Shown piece by piece: positions 37,351 to 46,642 of a stretch of 64,000 nucleotides of DNA. Every line of letters begins with the position of its first letter. Within the stretch, counting starts at the first letter, position 1. The translations under genes and the position numbers were made by a program. A model generated the notes under the pieces. The model did no database searches. It was not told where the DNA came from and saw nothing but the letters and a program-made list of their open reading frames with translations. The DNA comes from a virus, in IMG/VR virus record IMGVR_UViG_3300025127_006147, positions 130,482 through 194,481 of that record; one strand, given 5' to 3'.

Positions 37351-40300
37351 ATGAGACAAAATTCACCACATATCAAAGAAAATATTGACCCAGAGTTACA
37401 ATGGGCTATAGATAATCAATATCGCACAAATCCTGAATTGAGAGATGAAATTTTAGATTATTTAAGTGATGATGATTTAGATTCATACATTGTTAATGTG
37501 GAACATGGGGACGTAAAATTTAAATTACCACCAGAAAAAATATTAGAAAAACTGACAGGACTATCCGATTTAGGTAATGTAGTAACTACAATGCGGGGAG
37601 GGAATGGTGTAGCTATAATAACCGATAAAAATTTAGTAGTTAAGATTACGGGAGATAAAGCAGAATATATAACAGCTAAAGAACTTGAGGGTATTAATAG
37701 TAAACACATAGTTAAAGTTCATGAAAGTAAAGTTATAGACCCAGACGACCAGAGTATTTATACCGAAGATAGTAAACCAGCATATTTAATTATAATGGAT
37801 AAAGTAGATTCTCCCACACCCCAACAAGAAAAGGATTGGTTTGATTGTTGTTGTAGTGAGGATAAACCCATATATGTAGATTTTACTGACCCTAATGGTG
37901 ATGCTGTAGTACATCCACCAGTGGATGATTATGATAAATGTAATAAGATTTATGATGATATAATGAATATTAGGAAAGAGGTTGAAAAGACAGGGAGAAG
38001 ATGGGTAGACATCGGTATAGATAATGTAGGGATGAAGGATGGTAATTACGTGTTAATTGATTTGGGAACAAATGACCCACTACCACTTACTGAAAGTAAA
38101 AAAATTATAAACGAAGGATTTTTTGACATCCTTAGTAATCTTTTTAAAAGACCAGAACAAAAAAGTGACACTCCTGACGAGTTAAATCAATACCTACAAC
38201 AACTACAGGATACTCTGGATGAAAATGAAATTTATGATGAACAAGTTTCCAAGTTAGTCGACCAGTTAAAAGATTCAGATTATATAGACCTGGTAGATTT
38301 CCCTACCATGTTAAGAGGATTAGAAAACAAACTTTTAAAAAGTGGAGAAAATAATGAAATAGTTATAGACTATTTGACTAGGTTAAATAACTCTTTACCT
38401 AAAAGAGCTAAATACGAAAAGAAATTATTACAAGGTCAAGTACCACAAGATAGTGAGTATTACGATGAGGTAGAACAAGAAAAATCTAGGATACCCAAAA
38501 AAATATTTAAAACTGAAAAAGAACTATTACAGATAGAGTTATTAAAACTACAAGAATGGGTTAAGAAAAATAACGTACCCGTTGCGGTAGTATTTGAAGG
38601 TAGAGATACTGCGGGTAAAGGTTCGACAATCAAAAAGTTAACAGAATATTTAGACCCTAAATATTTTAATATTGTCGCATTAGGAATTCCTAGTGAAGAC
38701 GAAAAAAAGAACTGGTTTAAGAGATATGAAAAATATATTGAACCAGGAAAGATAACTTTTTTTGATAGGAGTTGGTATAACAGAGGAATAGTAGAACCAG
38801 TGATGGGTTATTCTTCAAAAGAAGAGTACGAACAGTTTATGAAAGAAGTTGTTCCTTTTGAAAAAAGTTTATTAAGTAGAGGTGTAGTATTGATTAAGTT
38901 CTGGTTATCAATCACTCAAGGAAAACAAGAACAAAGATTTACAATTAGACAACAATCTCCACTTAAATATTGGAAGTACTCTCCAAACGATGAAGCTTCC
39001 AGAGAAAAATGGGATGAATATACTGACTACAAAGAAAGAGTATTAAAGGATACTTCTCACAGTGGTGCACCTTGGGTGGTTCTAGATTCTAATGATAAAA
39101 GAATGTCTGCTTTAAATGCTATGAGACATGTGTTAGACCAAGTAGATTATGATGGTAAAGATACTGAAACGGTTCGACCAAAATATCCTGAAGCTATTAG
39201 TACCATTAGAAGAAGATTAGACGAACAAAGTGAAGAGGAAGTTAAGTTTACAAAAAGTGCAGAGAGAGTATTAAACACTGCGTGGTCCATGTCGAAAGAT
39301 TCAAATCATAAGTTTACAGAGTTTAGGTCAGTCTTAGTTAAATTTTTTAACATACCTCTTACTACCGCTGAAGAGTTAACTTTTTTATGTAAATACAATA
39401 TAGCAAGGGGTAATGAAAAAGTAGAAGAATGGGTTATACCCTACATTTATGAATCCACAGTTTACGTTTATGGTGATTATGACACAGAATCTTATTATGA
39501 TGAGTGTGATGAAGAAGGTATGAGTGGAGCTTATGGGCAGGAGTGTGAATGTCTTGAGGGTGAAATTATGGATGAAGACGAGGCGGAATACAGACCTTGT
39601 GATGAACAGGAGTTAGAGGATATCCACTATGATGATGAGTGTGAGTGTAATAATTGGGAAGACCCAACAATAGAATTATATTATTATCCAATATATAGAA
39701 AAACAGTATACAGTACATCTGACCCAAATGAGTTAGGGTGTGTATACGACAGTCACCATGACCTAGATGATTATGTTAATTGTCTAGAAGTTGACGATGA
39801 ACTAGTACAAGTAATGAGTGAAGAGCATGAAGATGATACTGATAGGGTCATTGAAGATGAGTTCGAATGGGATAAAGACCAAACAATAGTGGATTCATGG
39901 GAGTATGAGATAGACACGGATGAATGGTCAGGGAGTTATATGATAAATAAAATAAATGAAATATATCCTGATAAACCAACTAAACTTAACGAACAACAGA
40001 TGTCTTTGTTTCCAACTGGAGAATGGAGACTACCAGTGGGTGAAGAAGATGAATTAGAAAAGTTAGAAAGAATGTTACCCGAATCTATAGTCAAGATAAT
40101 ATTTGAACGATGGGACAAAGAAGAACCTCTTAGAATGGATGATAGGGATTTTAAGTTGTTTGGCCTACCTAAAGATGAGAGATTATTATTATTTTTAATA
40201 GTGAGGTACTTACAAAATACCACCAGACCTATTCCTGTTGGTAGAGTGTGGGACTGTGATGATTTAGTTTCCTTATTTAATGATGAAGATAGGAGCACAG

Positions 40301-42357
40301 CACAAAAGTATTTGTGTGAAGAAGACTTTGATTATGAGAGTATGTACGGATATGATGAGTGGTACGATGGGATGTTGGATAACTTAGACGATATGAGTTG
40401 GAAATATATTACCACTTTACTAGGTGTAGATAAATCTACAGCAGAAAAACTTTTAGATGATAGTTACACAACTGAAGAAGAGGGAGAGATATGGAGAGAA
40501 AAAGAAGATGATATTGATAGGATTAAAGACTTAATGAGGTGGGCCAATGAACGTGCAGCAGCTGCCACTACCTTTTCTGCTATTAGACAAGATATTAAAG
40601 ATGAAATAGAAGAACATTTTGAAAATGAAGGAAAATTTGAGTACGACCATAATGGTAGTATTGTATATGAAATTAAAGGAGATTTAAAAGATTACGTACA
40701 AGACCCCGACACTTGGGACAACATAGAAAGATTTAATAACCATGAAGAGTTTAGAGATAGACACTTACAGGATATTTTATATGATTTTGACTTAAGGTAT
40801 AAAGGTCGTGACGGATTTCAACAAAGTCTTTCTGATGTAATATTCAATTTATTCATGGAAAATGATTTTGCAATTTGGTGGGATAGTGAAAAAGATTATT
40901 TAGATATTGACGGTAAATTTACAGACGGTTACTGGTACCCAGACTATGACTTTAATCAAGATTTTAGGGAGTACATGATGGAGGAATATTATGACGAACT
41001 AAGAGGAAATATAAATGAACAAAAAAATTACGATGCTGAGATAGAACTAACGAGTAATGACGCTTACATTGAAGAAACACCAATTACAAAACAAGAAGCT
41101 ACTATTCTTAATTTAGTATTGGATAGATTTTCTATAGAAGAACTTAATGAATTAGTGTCAAATGATGTAGCAGAAATAGGGAGTGATGTTGAAAATAAGT
41201 GGATAAATTTTGTTAAGTTAATCGGTGAAACGGCAAATACTCCAGAAACATTTACTAAAAGTACCAGATGGGCAAAATGGATGTTGGATAACCTTGATAA
41301 AGCAGAGTATGAAAATGAAGAAGGTGAAATTAATATTGATTTTAATAATGTGGACATTCTAACTAAAAATTACCCATCGGTTTATGAAGTAGAAGGAGAT
41401 GAACGTATATGGCAACAAGAATATAGAAAAGCTACAGTACACATACCAGCATTTGATAGTGAAGATGCAAACAATAGAGGTCAAAATAGTTTCTGGGAAT
41501 ATGACCCTGACTTTGAAACTTATGATTATGGGGATATGGACCCTGATTATTTTGATGTTGGAGATATCCAACATTACAATGTTTTAAAAGAACAAATCAT
41601 AGATACTGAAAATTTACCAGAAGAAGAGATAAGTCCTGACTTAGTTGAAGGTGACAAAGTATTTGTGTGGGATATAACACCTGACCCCGTACCACCAGGT
41701 GGAACTTCTAACATTATCCCTTCTACAGTTATTGGGGTGGTGACAGAAGTAATGCCAGATGATATACAACAGAGAAGAGGTGAGTACCGAGGAGGTATAA
41801 AATACATTATAGACACTTCTTCAGGTTTGATAGGACTATACCAAGGAGTGGAAGATTATAACCATTATGCCGATGATGGTGGAGGTAGAGATAAGTGGGT
41901 TAAACTAAACAAACAAAACCTACAAGAGATTAAAAAAATCACCGACCTCAAGAACATTGAAAGACAAAAAGATTTTACATTAAAAAAATCTTTTATGGAA
42001 TCAATAAACAATTTAACCGAAAAAGATATTACACCAATTAAAGAAAGTGTGGTAGAAAGTAGAGTTATATTATTTAATTACTTAGATGGAATCACAAAAA
42101 CGAATCTAATAAAAGAAGAAGAGTTACCTAACCTTTTAATTGGTGGTAGAACCTGGACTGATAGACTTACAGTATCCAATTCAATAGATTTAGATGACAT
42201 CAAGGAAAACTCTAATAAGGTAAGAGATATCATATTTAATAATACAAAACTAAAATTAGATAACCCTTCCTTTATTGAAACTAAAAGAGATTTGTTAGAG
42301 ACAGCTAAACAAACTGTAACTCTCTGGAAAGAAACTTCAAATACTATTTCTAAGTAG
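37351..42357 (+). CDS. 1668-aa putative polyprotein: protein-kinase-like / polyphosphate kinase 2 / Cys-rich acidic / acidic / FW-YDP module / GD-W repeat / tail
   Basis: Kinase motifs GGNG, VVKIT, DIGIDN, IDLG; PPK2 motifs FEGRDTAGKG, FFDRSWYNRG, LKYWK; junctions IKE|N 37372, LTE|S 38086, INE|G 38107, LDE|Q 39217, LNE|Q 39985, INE|Q 41011, LKE|Q 41584, LQE|I 41920; TATTTAT 37339-37345. Confidence 0.8.
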   Translation: MRQNSPHIKENIDPELQWAIDNQYRTNPELRDEILDYLSDDDLDSYIVNVEHGDVKFKLPPEKILEKLTGLSDLGNVVTTMRGGNGVAIITDKNLVVKITGDKAEYITAKELEGINSKHIVKVHESKVIDPDDQSIYTEDSKPAYLIIMDKVDSPTPQQEKDWFDCCCSEDKPIYVDFTDPNGDAVVHPPVDDYDKCNKIYDDIMNIRKEVEKTGRRWVDIGIDNVGMKDGNYVLIDLGTNDPLPLTESKKIINEGFFDILSNLFKRPEQKSDTPDELNQYLQQLQDTLDENEIYDEQVSKLVDQLKDSDYIDLVDFPTMLRGLENKLLKSGENNEIVIDYLTRLNNSLPKRAKYEKKLLQGQVPQDSEYYDEVEQEKSRIPKKIFKTEKELLQIELLKLQEWVKKNNVPVAVVFEGRDTAGKGSTIKKLTEYLDPKYFNIVALGIPSEDEKKNWFKRYEKYIEPGKITFFDRSWYNRGIVEPVMGYSSKEEYEQFMKEVVPFEKSLLSRGVVLIKFWLSITQGKQEQRFTIRQQSPLKYWKYSPNDEASREKWDEYTDYKERVLKDTSHSGAPWVVLDSNDKRMSALNAMRHVLDQVDYDGKDTETVRPKYPEAISTIRRRLDEQSEEEVKFTKSAERVLNTAWSMSKDSNHKFTEFRSVLVKFFNIPLTTAEELTFLCKYNIARGNEKVEEWVIPYIYESTVYVYGDYDTESYYDECDEEGMSGAYGQECECLEGEIMDEDEAEYRPCDEQELEDIHYDDECECNNWEDPTIELYYYPIYRKTVYSTSDPNELGCVYDSHHDLDDYVNCLEVDDELVQVMSEEHEDDTDRVIEDEFEWDKDQTIVDSWEYEIDTDEWSGSYMINKINEIYPDKPTKLNEQQMSLFPTGEWRLPVGEEDELEKLERMLPESIVKIIFERWDKEEPLRMDDRDFKLFGLPKDERLLLFLIVRYLQNTTRPIPVGRVWDCDDLVSLFNDEDRSTAQKYLCEEDFDYESMYGYDEWYDGMLDNLDDMSWKYITTLLGVDKSTAEKLLDDSYTTEEEGEIWREKEDDIDRIKDLMRWANERAAAATTFSAIRQDIKDEIEEHFENEGKFEYDHNGSIVYEIKGDLKDYVQDPDTWDNIERFNNHEEFRDRHLQDILYDFDLRYKGRDGFQQSLSDVIFNLFMENDFAIWWDSEKDYLDIDGKFTDGYWYPDYDFNQDFREYMMEEYYDELRGNINEQKNYDAEIELTSNDAYIEETPITKQEATILNLVLDRFSIEELNELVSNDVAEIGSDVENKWINFVKLIGETANTPETFTKSTRWAKWMLDNLDKAEYENEEGEINIDFNNVDILTKNYPSVYEVEGDERIWQQEYRKATVHIPAFDSEDANNRGQNSFWEYDPDFETYDYGDMDPDYFDVGDIQHYNVLKEQIIDTENLPEEEISPDLVEGDKVFVWDITPDPVPPGGTSNIIPSTVIGVVTEVMPDDIQQRRGEYRGGIKYIIDTSSGLIGLYQGVEDYNHYADDGGGRDKWVKLNKQNLQEIKKITDLKNIERQKDFTLKKSFMESINNLTEKDITPIKESVVESRVILFNYLDGITKTNLIKEEELPNLLIGGRTWTDRLTVSNSIDLDDIKENSNKVRDIIFNNTKLKLDNPSFIETKRDLLETAKQTVTLWKETSNTISK

Positions 42358-42906
42358 TATCCTGGTATTCCATATACTAATCAAAATTATAAAAGCTATT
42401 TCAGCAACTCCATAACTAGGGAAAGGTATAACCAGTAATGAGGTAAGTAACATTAAAGTTCCCATACCCACAGAGAAAATCCCTTTCTTTAAATAATTTA
42501 AAGACCTTACAATTCCAAACATAAAAACAAAAAGGTTGTAACCACAAAAGAAAATTAGAGCCACAATTTTGTGGGTCCAGTGATAAGACATATCTATTAC
42601 CGCAGTTAGGACTAAACATAACACCGATACTCTTAGTATTATTTTTAATAAAGGTTTCCATGGTTCTCTCTTTATAAGTTCCTTTATCCTATACTCTCCA
42701 TTTAACCACAATCCTAAAGATATAGCGATTAAAGACCAAAACCATATTTTAGAAGTTTGGGTGGAGATACCGAACTTTGAAAGGGGTTCACTTTGAATGT
42801 TAAAGTCTGGTAATAAAAAGTAACACAGGAGAGGTGCTGTCATACCTATAATGATAGAAATGATTATATAAATTCTTCTTAACCTTTTTATTTTTTTATA
42901 ATCCAA
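42337..42906 (-). CDS. multi-pass membrane protein (DUF998-like)
   Basis: Five to six hydrophobic helices, LSKFG and THKIVA motifs; TTG start. Confidence 0.6.
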   Translation of the reverse strand: MDYKKIKRLRRIYIIISIIIGMTAPLLCYFLLPDFNIQSEPLSKFGISTQTSKIWFWSLIAISLGLWLNGEYRIKELIKREPWKPLLKIILRVSVLCLVLTAVIDMSYHWTHKIVALIFFCGYNLFVFMFGIVRSLNYLKKGIFSVGMGTLMLLTSLLVIPFPSYGVAEIAFIILISIWNTRILLRNSI

Positions 42907-43018
42907 AACTCATGTAATGTGTTAACATTTTGTTAACGTAAAATTAACTTAATAATTTAATATTAGTAACCCCCATAAGGTATGTATTGTTAGAAATAAA
43001 ATAAATAAAAAAAAGATA

Positions 43019-43255
43019 ATGGAAAGAAAAAAAATTGATATAACCCCACTAGTATATGTTACACTTATGATTGTAGTATTTTTATTAGGGTCCTGTAGTA
43101 CATCAAAAAGAGTTGTACCAGCAGCAAAGTATCAAAAGTCTACATGTTGTAAATCTGACACGACTTCATGGAATGGTCTTAAGATTAGTGACTATGAAAG
43201 TCAGGGAGGATTCAATTACCTGGAAGATATTATAAAAATATCAAAGAAAAAATAA
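43019..43255 (+). CDS. putative lipoprotein
   Basis: Hydrophobic N-terminus with LLGS-C lipobox. Confidence 0.6.
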   Translation: MERKKIDITPLVYVTLMIVVFLLGSCSTSKRVVPAAKYQKSTCCKSDTTSWNGLKISDYESQGGFNYLEDIIKISKKK

Positions 43256-43262
43256 GTTTACC

Positions 43263-43293
43263 TTGACGGTTTATAAAATTATACCTATATTTG
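43263..43293 (+). promoter_or_regulatory. Bacteroidota-type promoter for the RNA cassette
   Basis: TTGA 43263-43266, TATATTTG 43286-43293. Confidence 0.65.
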
Positions 43294-43329
43294 TTATGTC
43301 AAATGACAAACCGATTGATAAAAGTGAAA

Positions 43330-43425
43330 GAAGGTTTTAACTAACGTATTAAGGCACAACAATCTATACAAGGAAGGAGTTACGCAATGATATCTGGAAC
43401 TACGTAACTTTAAAAAAGAACCTTC
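43330..43425 (+). ncRNA. putative structured RNA or tRNA leader
   Basis: GAAGGTT/AACCTTC outer stem and AGTTACG/CGTAACT inner stem. Confidence 0.35.
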
Positions 43426-43433
43426 CTTTATAA

Positions 43434-43505
43434 GCGGGTGTAGTTTAACGGTAAAACACCTAACATCCAGTTAGGAATTGGGAGTTCAAATCTTACCCAT
43501 CCGCT
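43434..43505 (+). tRNA. tRNA-Gly(TCC), atypical, no encoded CCA
   Basis: Acceptor GCGGGTG/CATCCGC, D arm GTTT/AAAC, anticodon stem CCTAA/TTAGG with loop CATCCAG, T loop TTCAAAT, discriminator T. Confidence 0.8.
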
Positions 43506-43510
43506 CTAAA

Positions 43511-43623
43511 TTAAGAGGTTGCAGTAAACTATAAGGGATACGCAATACAAACTATCGGGTGTCACGGTGGGTATCGAAAAAAATACCTAAATAGCGTATG
43601 AGAGACACCGTCGAACTTCTTAA
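43511..43623 (+). ncRNA. putative pseudoknotted RNA downstream of the tRNA
   Basis: 10-bp closing stem TTAAGAGGTT/AACTTCTTAA, inner GGTGTC/GACACC and GGTAT/ATACC, crossing helix ATACGC/GCGTAT. Confidence 0.45.
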
Positions 43624-43664
43624 TTTCCCGAAAGGGTGGTGGAACCCGAATCCAATTCGGCCCC

Positions 43665-43696
43665 AAAGCCAGAGTTTAATTACTCTGGCTTTTTTT
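43665..43696 (+). terminator. intrinsic terminator
   Basis: AAAGCCAGAG-TTTAATTA-CTCTGGCTTT plus T tract. Confidence 0.88.
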
Positions 43697-43740
43697 ATTG
43701 ACAATAGTATAAAATTCATATAAGTTTAAAAAAAAAGATT

Positions 43741-43926
43741 ATGCCAAAAAGTAAACACAGAAAAGGTCAAAAACAAAAAGCTAAACAACGTACTTTACGT
43801 ATGAGAAGTCAACAAAAGAAACAAATGGAACAATATGTTGAAATGTTAAAAAAAGCACAAGAAGAACAACAAACACAGTCTGCTGTAACACCTCCACCTA
43901 ACCCATACGACTTGAGTAGTAAATAA
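43741..43926 (+). CDS. small basic protein
   Basis: MPKSKHRK..., 61 aa. Confidence 0.65.
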   Translation: MPKSKHRKGQKQKAKQRTLRMRSQQKKQMEQYVEMLKKAQEEQQTQSAVTPPPNPYDLSSK

Positions 43927-43961
43927 TAATAAATTCCATTAATATGAAGTATTTATAGTTA

Positions 43962-45272
43962 ATGGAAAGAAGAAAAACTATAAAAGAACAAACACCTAAC
44001 TTAACTCCTGATGAGATTGTTGGTGATTTCCTAGATTTTTGTCAAGATAATTTAGGTTACAAAACACCAGCGTCTGTAGAATTAGTAACAGATAGAGATA
44101 AGTTAGTTACTTTAGCTTCTTACAACTTAAATGACAACAGTGTAAGGGTATACTCTAAAAATAGAGCACTTGCAGATATACTAAGAAGTATAGCACACGA
44201 ACTAGTTCACCACAAACAATTAGAAGATGGTAGAATTGACATTAACAATCCCCCACAGGATGTTGGTGGTGAAATTGAAGATGAAGCAAATGCTGTAGCT
44301 GGACAATTAGTAAAAGCTTTTGGTTATACTGGTGTAAACATATATGAAAATTGGGATAAAACTGGTTGTGCAGACCCAGACCAAGGGAAATTCTTTTGTC
44401 AAGATAAAGGGGAAAATATTGGAATAAGTGACATCTTTAAAGGAGATGGACACAATATAATCCATGGTTTTGCACAAAAGTTTCACTTATCCGATGTAAC
44501 ACCAGAATCAGAAGAAACTTATAATGACCCTGCTCAGGTAAAACCAAAAGAAAATAATTTCAAACCTAACCTTAGAAAAGGACCATTTAGTATTCCAGCA
44601 CAGAGTAGAGATTTACTAACTTTAATTAATGAAGAGAAAGACCCAAATAAATTAAAGTTAATACAAGAAGTAATTCATAACCAATTAAGGTATCTTAAGG
44701 AAAATAAAGAAATTTTAAAAGAACAAGTGGAATCTTCAGAGGGTGAAACTATAACACCTATGGATGTTAAAATAATGAATCACATTATTAAAGATTATAG
44801 TAAAAATGAAATAGAGGAGATGGTAAACACTTCCGTTTATGATGTGGATTTAAGAAATGTTTTAAAACTATACGGTGAACATGACTTAGGAGGAATGAAA
44901 CCAAAACAATTAATACAGTTTATTTATGATAATAATTATAATGTTACTGAAAACAATGTAGGTGATTTACTTCCACCATTAAATACATACCGAGTAGTAC
45001 AAAATTCAGTTACAGTACAAAGAGTAGCACAAGATTATGAAGTCGAAGGTAAAGACACTAACTTTAACGGGTTTATGTGTGGGGTTAAAGAAGACTTCTG
45101 GGGTTACGACCCAGAAATTATTAATCGGGAAGTCATAGATGAGGATTTTATTGGTGATGAAGAATGGATATCCGCATCTGAGAACGGTAAAAGGATGTGG
45201 GACGGAACTGGTAGTATGATAAAAGGAAATGAAAAATTCAACCCGTATAATATAGAGTGTGACGAAGATTAA
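43962..45272 (+). CDS. leader-tagged three-module protein: HExxH Zn-peptidase-like / linker module / FW-YDP module
   Basis: IKE|Q 43980, IYE|N 44340, LKE|Q 44715; SIAHELVHHKQ...EDEANA; TATTTATA 43950-43957. Confidence 0.75.
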   Translation: MERRKTIKEQTPNLTPDEIVGDFLDFCQDNLGYKTPASVELVTDRDKLVTLASYNLNDNSVRVYSKNRALADILRSIAHELVHHKQLEDGRIDINNPPQDVGGEIEDEANAVAGQLVKAFGYTGVNIYENWDKTGCADPDQGKFFCQDKGENIGISDIFKGDGHNIIHGFAQKFHLSDVTPESEETYNDPAQVKPKENNFKPNLRKGPFSIPAQSRDLLTLINEEKDPNKLKLIQEVIHNQLRYLKENKEILKEQVESSEGETITPMDVKIMNHIIKDYSKNEIEEMVNTSVYDVDLRNVLKLYGEHDLGGMKPKQLIQFIYDNNYNVTENNVGDLLPPLNTYRVVQNSVTVQRVAQDYEVEGKDTNFNGFMCGVKEDFWGYDPEIINREVIDEDFIGDEEWISASENGKRMWDGTGSMIKGNEKFNPYNIECDED

Positions 45273-45277
45273 AAAAT

Positions 45278-46642
45278 ATGAAAATTGTAATTACAGAAGA
45301 ACAACTTCAAAAAATATTAAAGATTAAGTCAACTTTAAATGAAGCTGCTTTAGCTTCTCCTTTAGCTAACGTAGATGTAAAAATAAATAGTGGTTATGGT
45401 GGAAGATGGGGGAGAATGCACCATGGTGCAGACCTAAAAGCTTCAAGTGGTACCCAACTAGTAGCTCCAGCAGATGGAGAAGTCATAGATGCAAAGATAA
45501 GAAGAAACGCGTGTGGAGGAACTTTATATATAGACCATTTGAACGGTTTAAAAACTCGTTATTGTCATTTAAAAAGAATAGATGTTAATAAAGGTGATAC
45601 TGTAACTAAAGGACAAGTTGTAGGATTGACAGGGGGTGCTAGAGGTGATAGAGGTAGAGGAAGGTCGACTGGAGCTCACTTACATTATGAAGTATATAAA
45701 GATGGTAAAACAGTAGACCCAGAACCATATTTAAGTGGGGCAGACATAATTAATAATGTAGCTCCAGACGAACATGGTAAGAATACCCAAGTACCAGAAG
45801 GTTCTATTACCTTATATGATGGTATGGGTAAAGGTAGAAGAGGAATGAGACCCCAGGTAAAAGAAATGCAACAAGACCTAATTACTCTTAATTATGTATT
45901 ACCACGATTTGGGGTTGACGGTAAATTTGGTCCAGAAACTTTAAAAGCGGTCAACGCTTTTCAGTCTGACCACGGATTTGAGGAAAGTAATATTGTTGAT
46001 GAAGAGACTTTAAAAGCAATGAAGAATTCTGAAAATATAAATAAAAATCCTGAAATCAACGACCCAAAAGAAATTAAAAGACAAGCTAGAGAAGGTAATA
46101 TAAAACCTTTTGACCCAGCCGTAATAGACGCCATCAATAAAGCTAGTGATGATAATGGGTTAAGTAGAGAGTTAATGTTTACTATAGCTAATATAGAATC
46201 AGGTGGTAACCCTACTGCTAAAAATAGAAGAAGTGGAGCATCAGGACTTTATCAAATAATGCCTAAATATTTTAGTGATTATGGAGTTACAAGAACTACT
46301 GTTTGGGACCCTTACACAAATGCAGATGCAGCTGCTAAGGGATTAAATAGAAAAATAAATCGTATAAATAGTAAACTAGGTATTGACCCCACAAATCCCC
46401 AAATTTATATGGCACACAATCAAGGGAGTCAGGGTTTTCAAATAATATACACTGCTTGTAAAGAGTTTGGTAATTTAGACGGAAAAGAATCTTTACAACA
46501 AGCTTCTAACAGTTTAGGATTTGGAAGGAGAGTGGGTAGTAGAATATATAGAAATATGAGAGGTAATAAAGGAAACCACCCATGTCAGTTTATGGATAGT
46601 TGGGTGGATATATATAATAGTAAAAAGACTTCTTACGCGTAA
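45278..46642 (+). CDS. leader-tagged M23 peptidase + peptidoglycan-binding domain + lytic transglycosylase (SLT-like)
   Basis: MKIVITEEQL...LNE|A; HHGAD, STGAHLHYE; VDGKFGPET.KAV..FQ; IANIESGGNP.A, ASGLYQI. Confidence 0.88.
   Translation: MKIVITEEQLQKILKIKSTLNEAALASPLANVDVKINSGYGGRWGRMHHGADLKASSGTQLVAPADGEVIDAKIRRNACGGTLYIDHLNGLKTRYCHLKRIDVNKGDTVTKGQVVGLTGGARGDRGRGRSTGAHLHYEVYKDGKTVDPEPYLSGADIINNVAPDEHGKNTQVPEGSITLYDGMGKGRRGMRPQVKEMQQDLITLNYVLPRFGVDGKFGPETLKAVNAFQSDHGFEESNIVDEETLKAMKNSENINKNPEINDPKEIKRQAREGNIKPFDPAVIDAINKASDDNGLSRELMFTIANIESGGNPTAKNRRSGASGLYQIMPKYFSDYGVTRTTVWDPYTNADAAAKGLNRKINRINSKLGIDPTNPQIYMAHNQGSQGFQIIYTACKEFGNLDGKESLQQASNSLGFGRRVGSRIYRNMRGNKGNHPCQFMDSWVDIYNSKKTSYA

Noticed and set aside
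43294-43696. tmRNA or RNase P RNA
   Set aside because: No tRNA-Ala-like ends with a tag frame ending in AA-stop, and no GAGGAAAGUCC RNase P core. The interval contains a separate tRNA.
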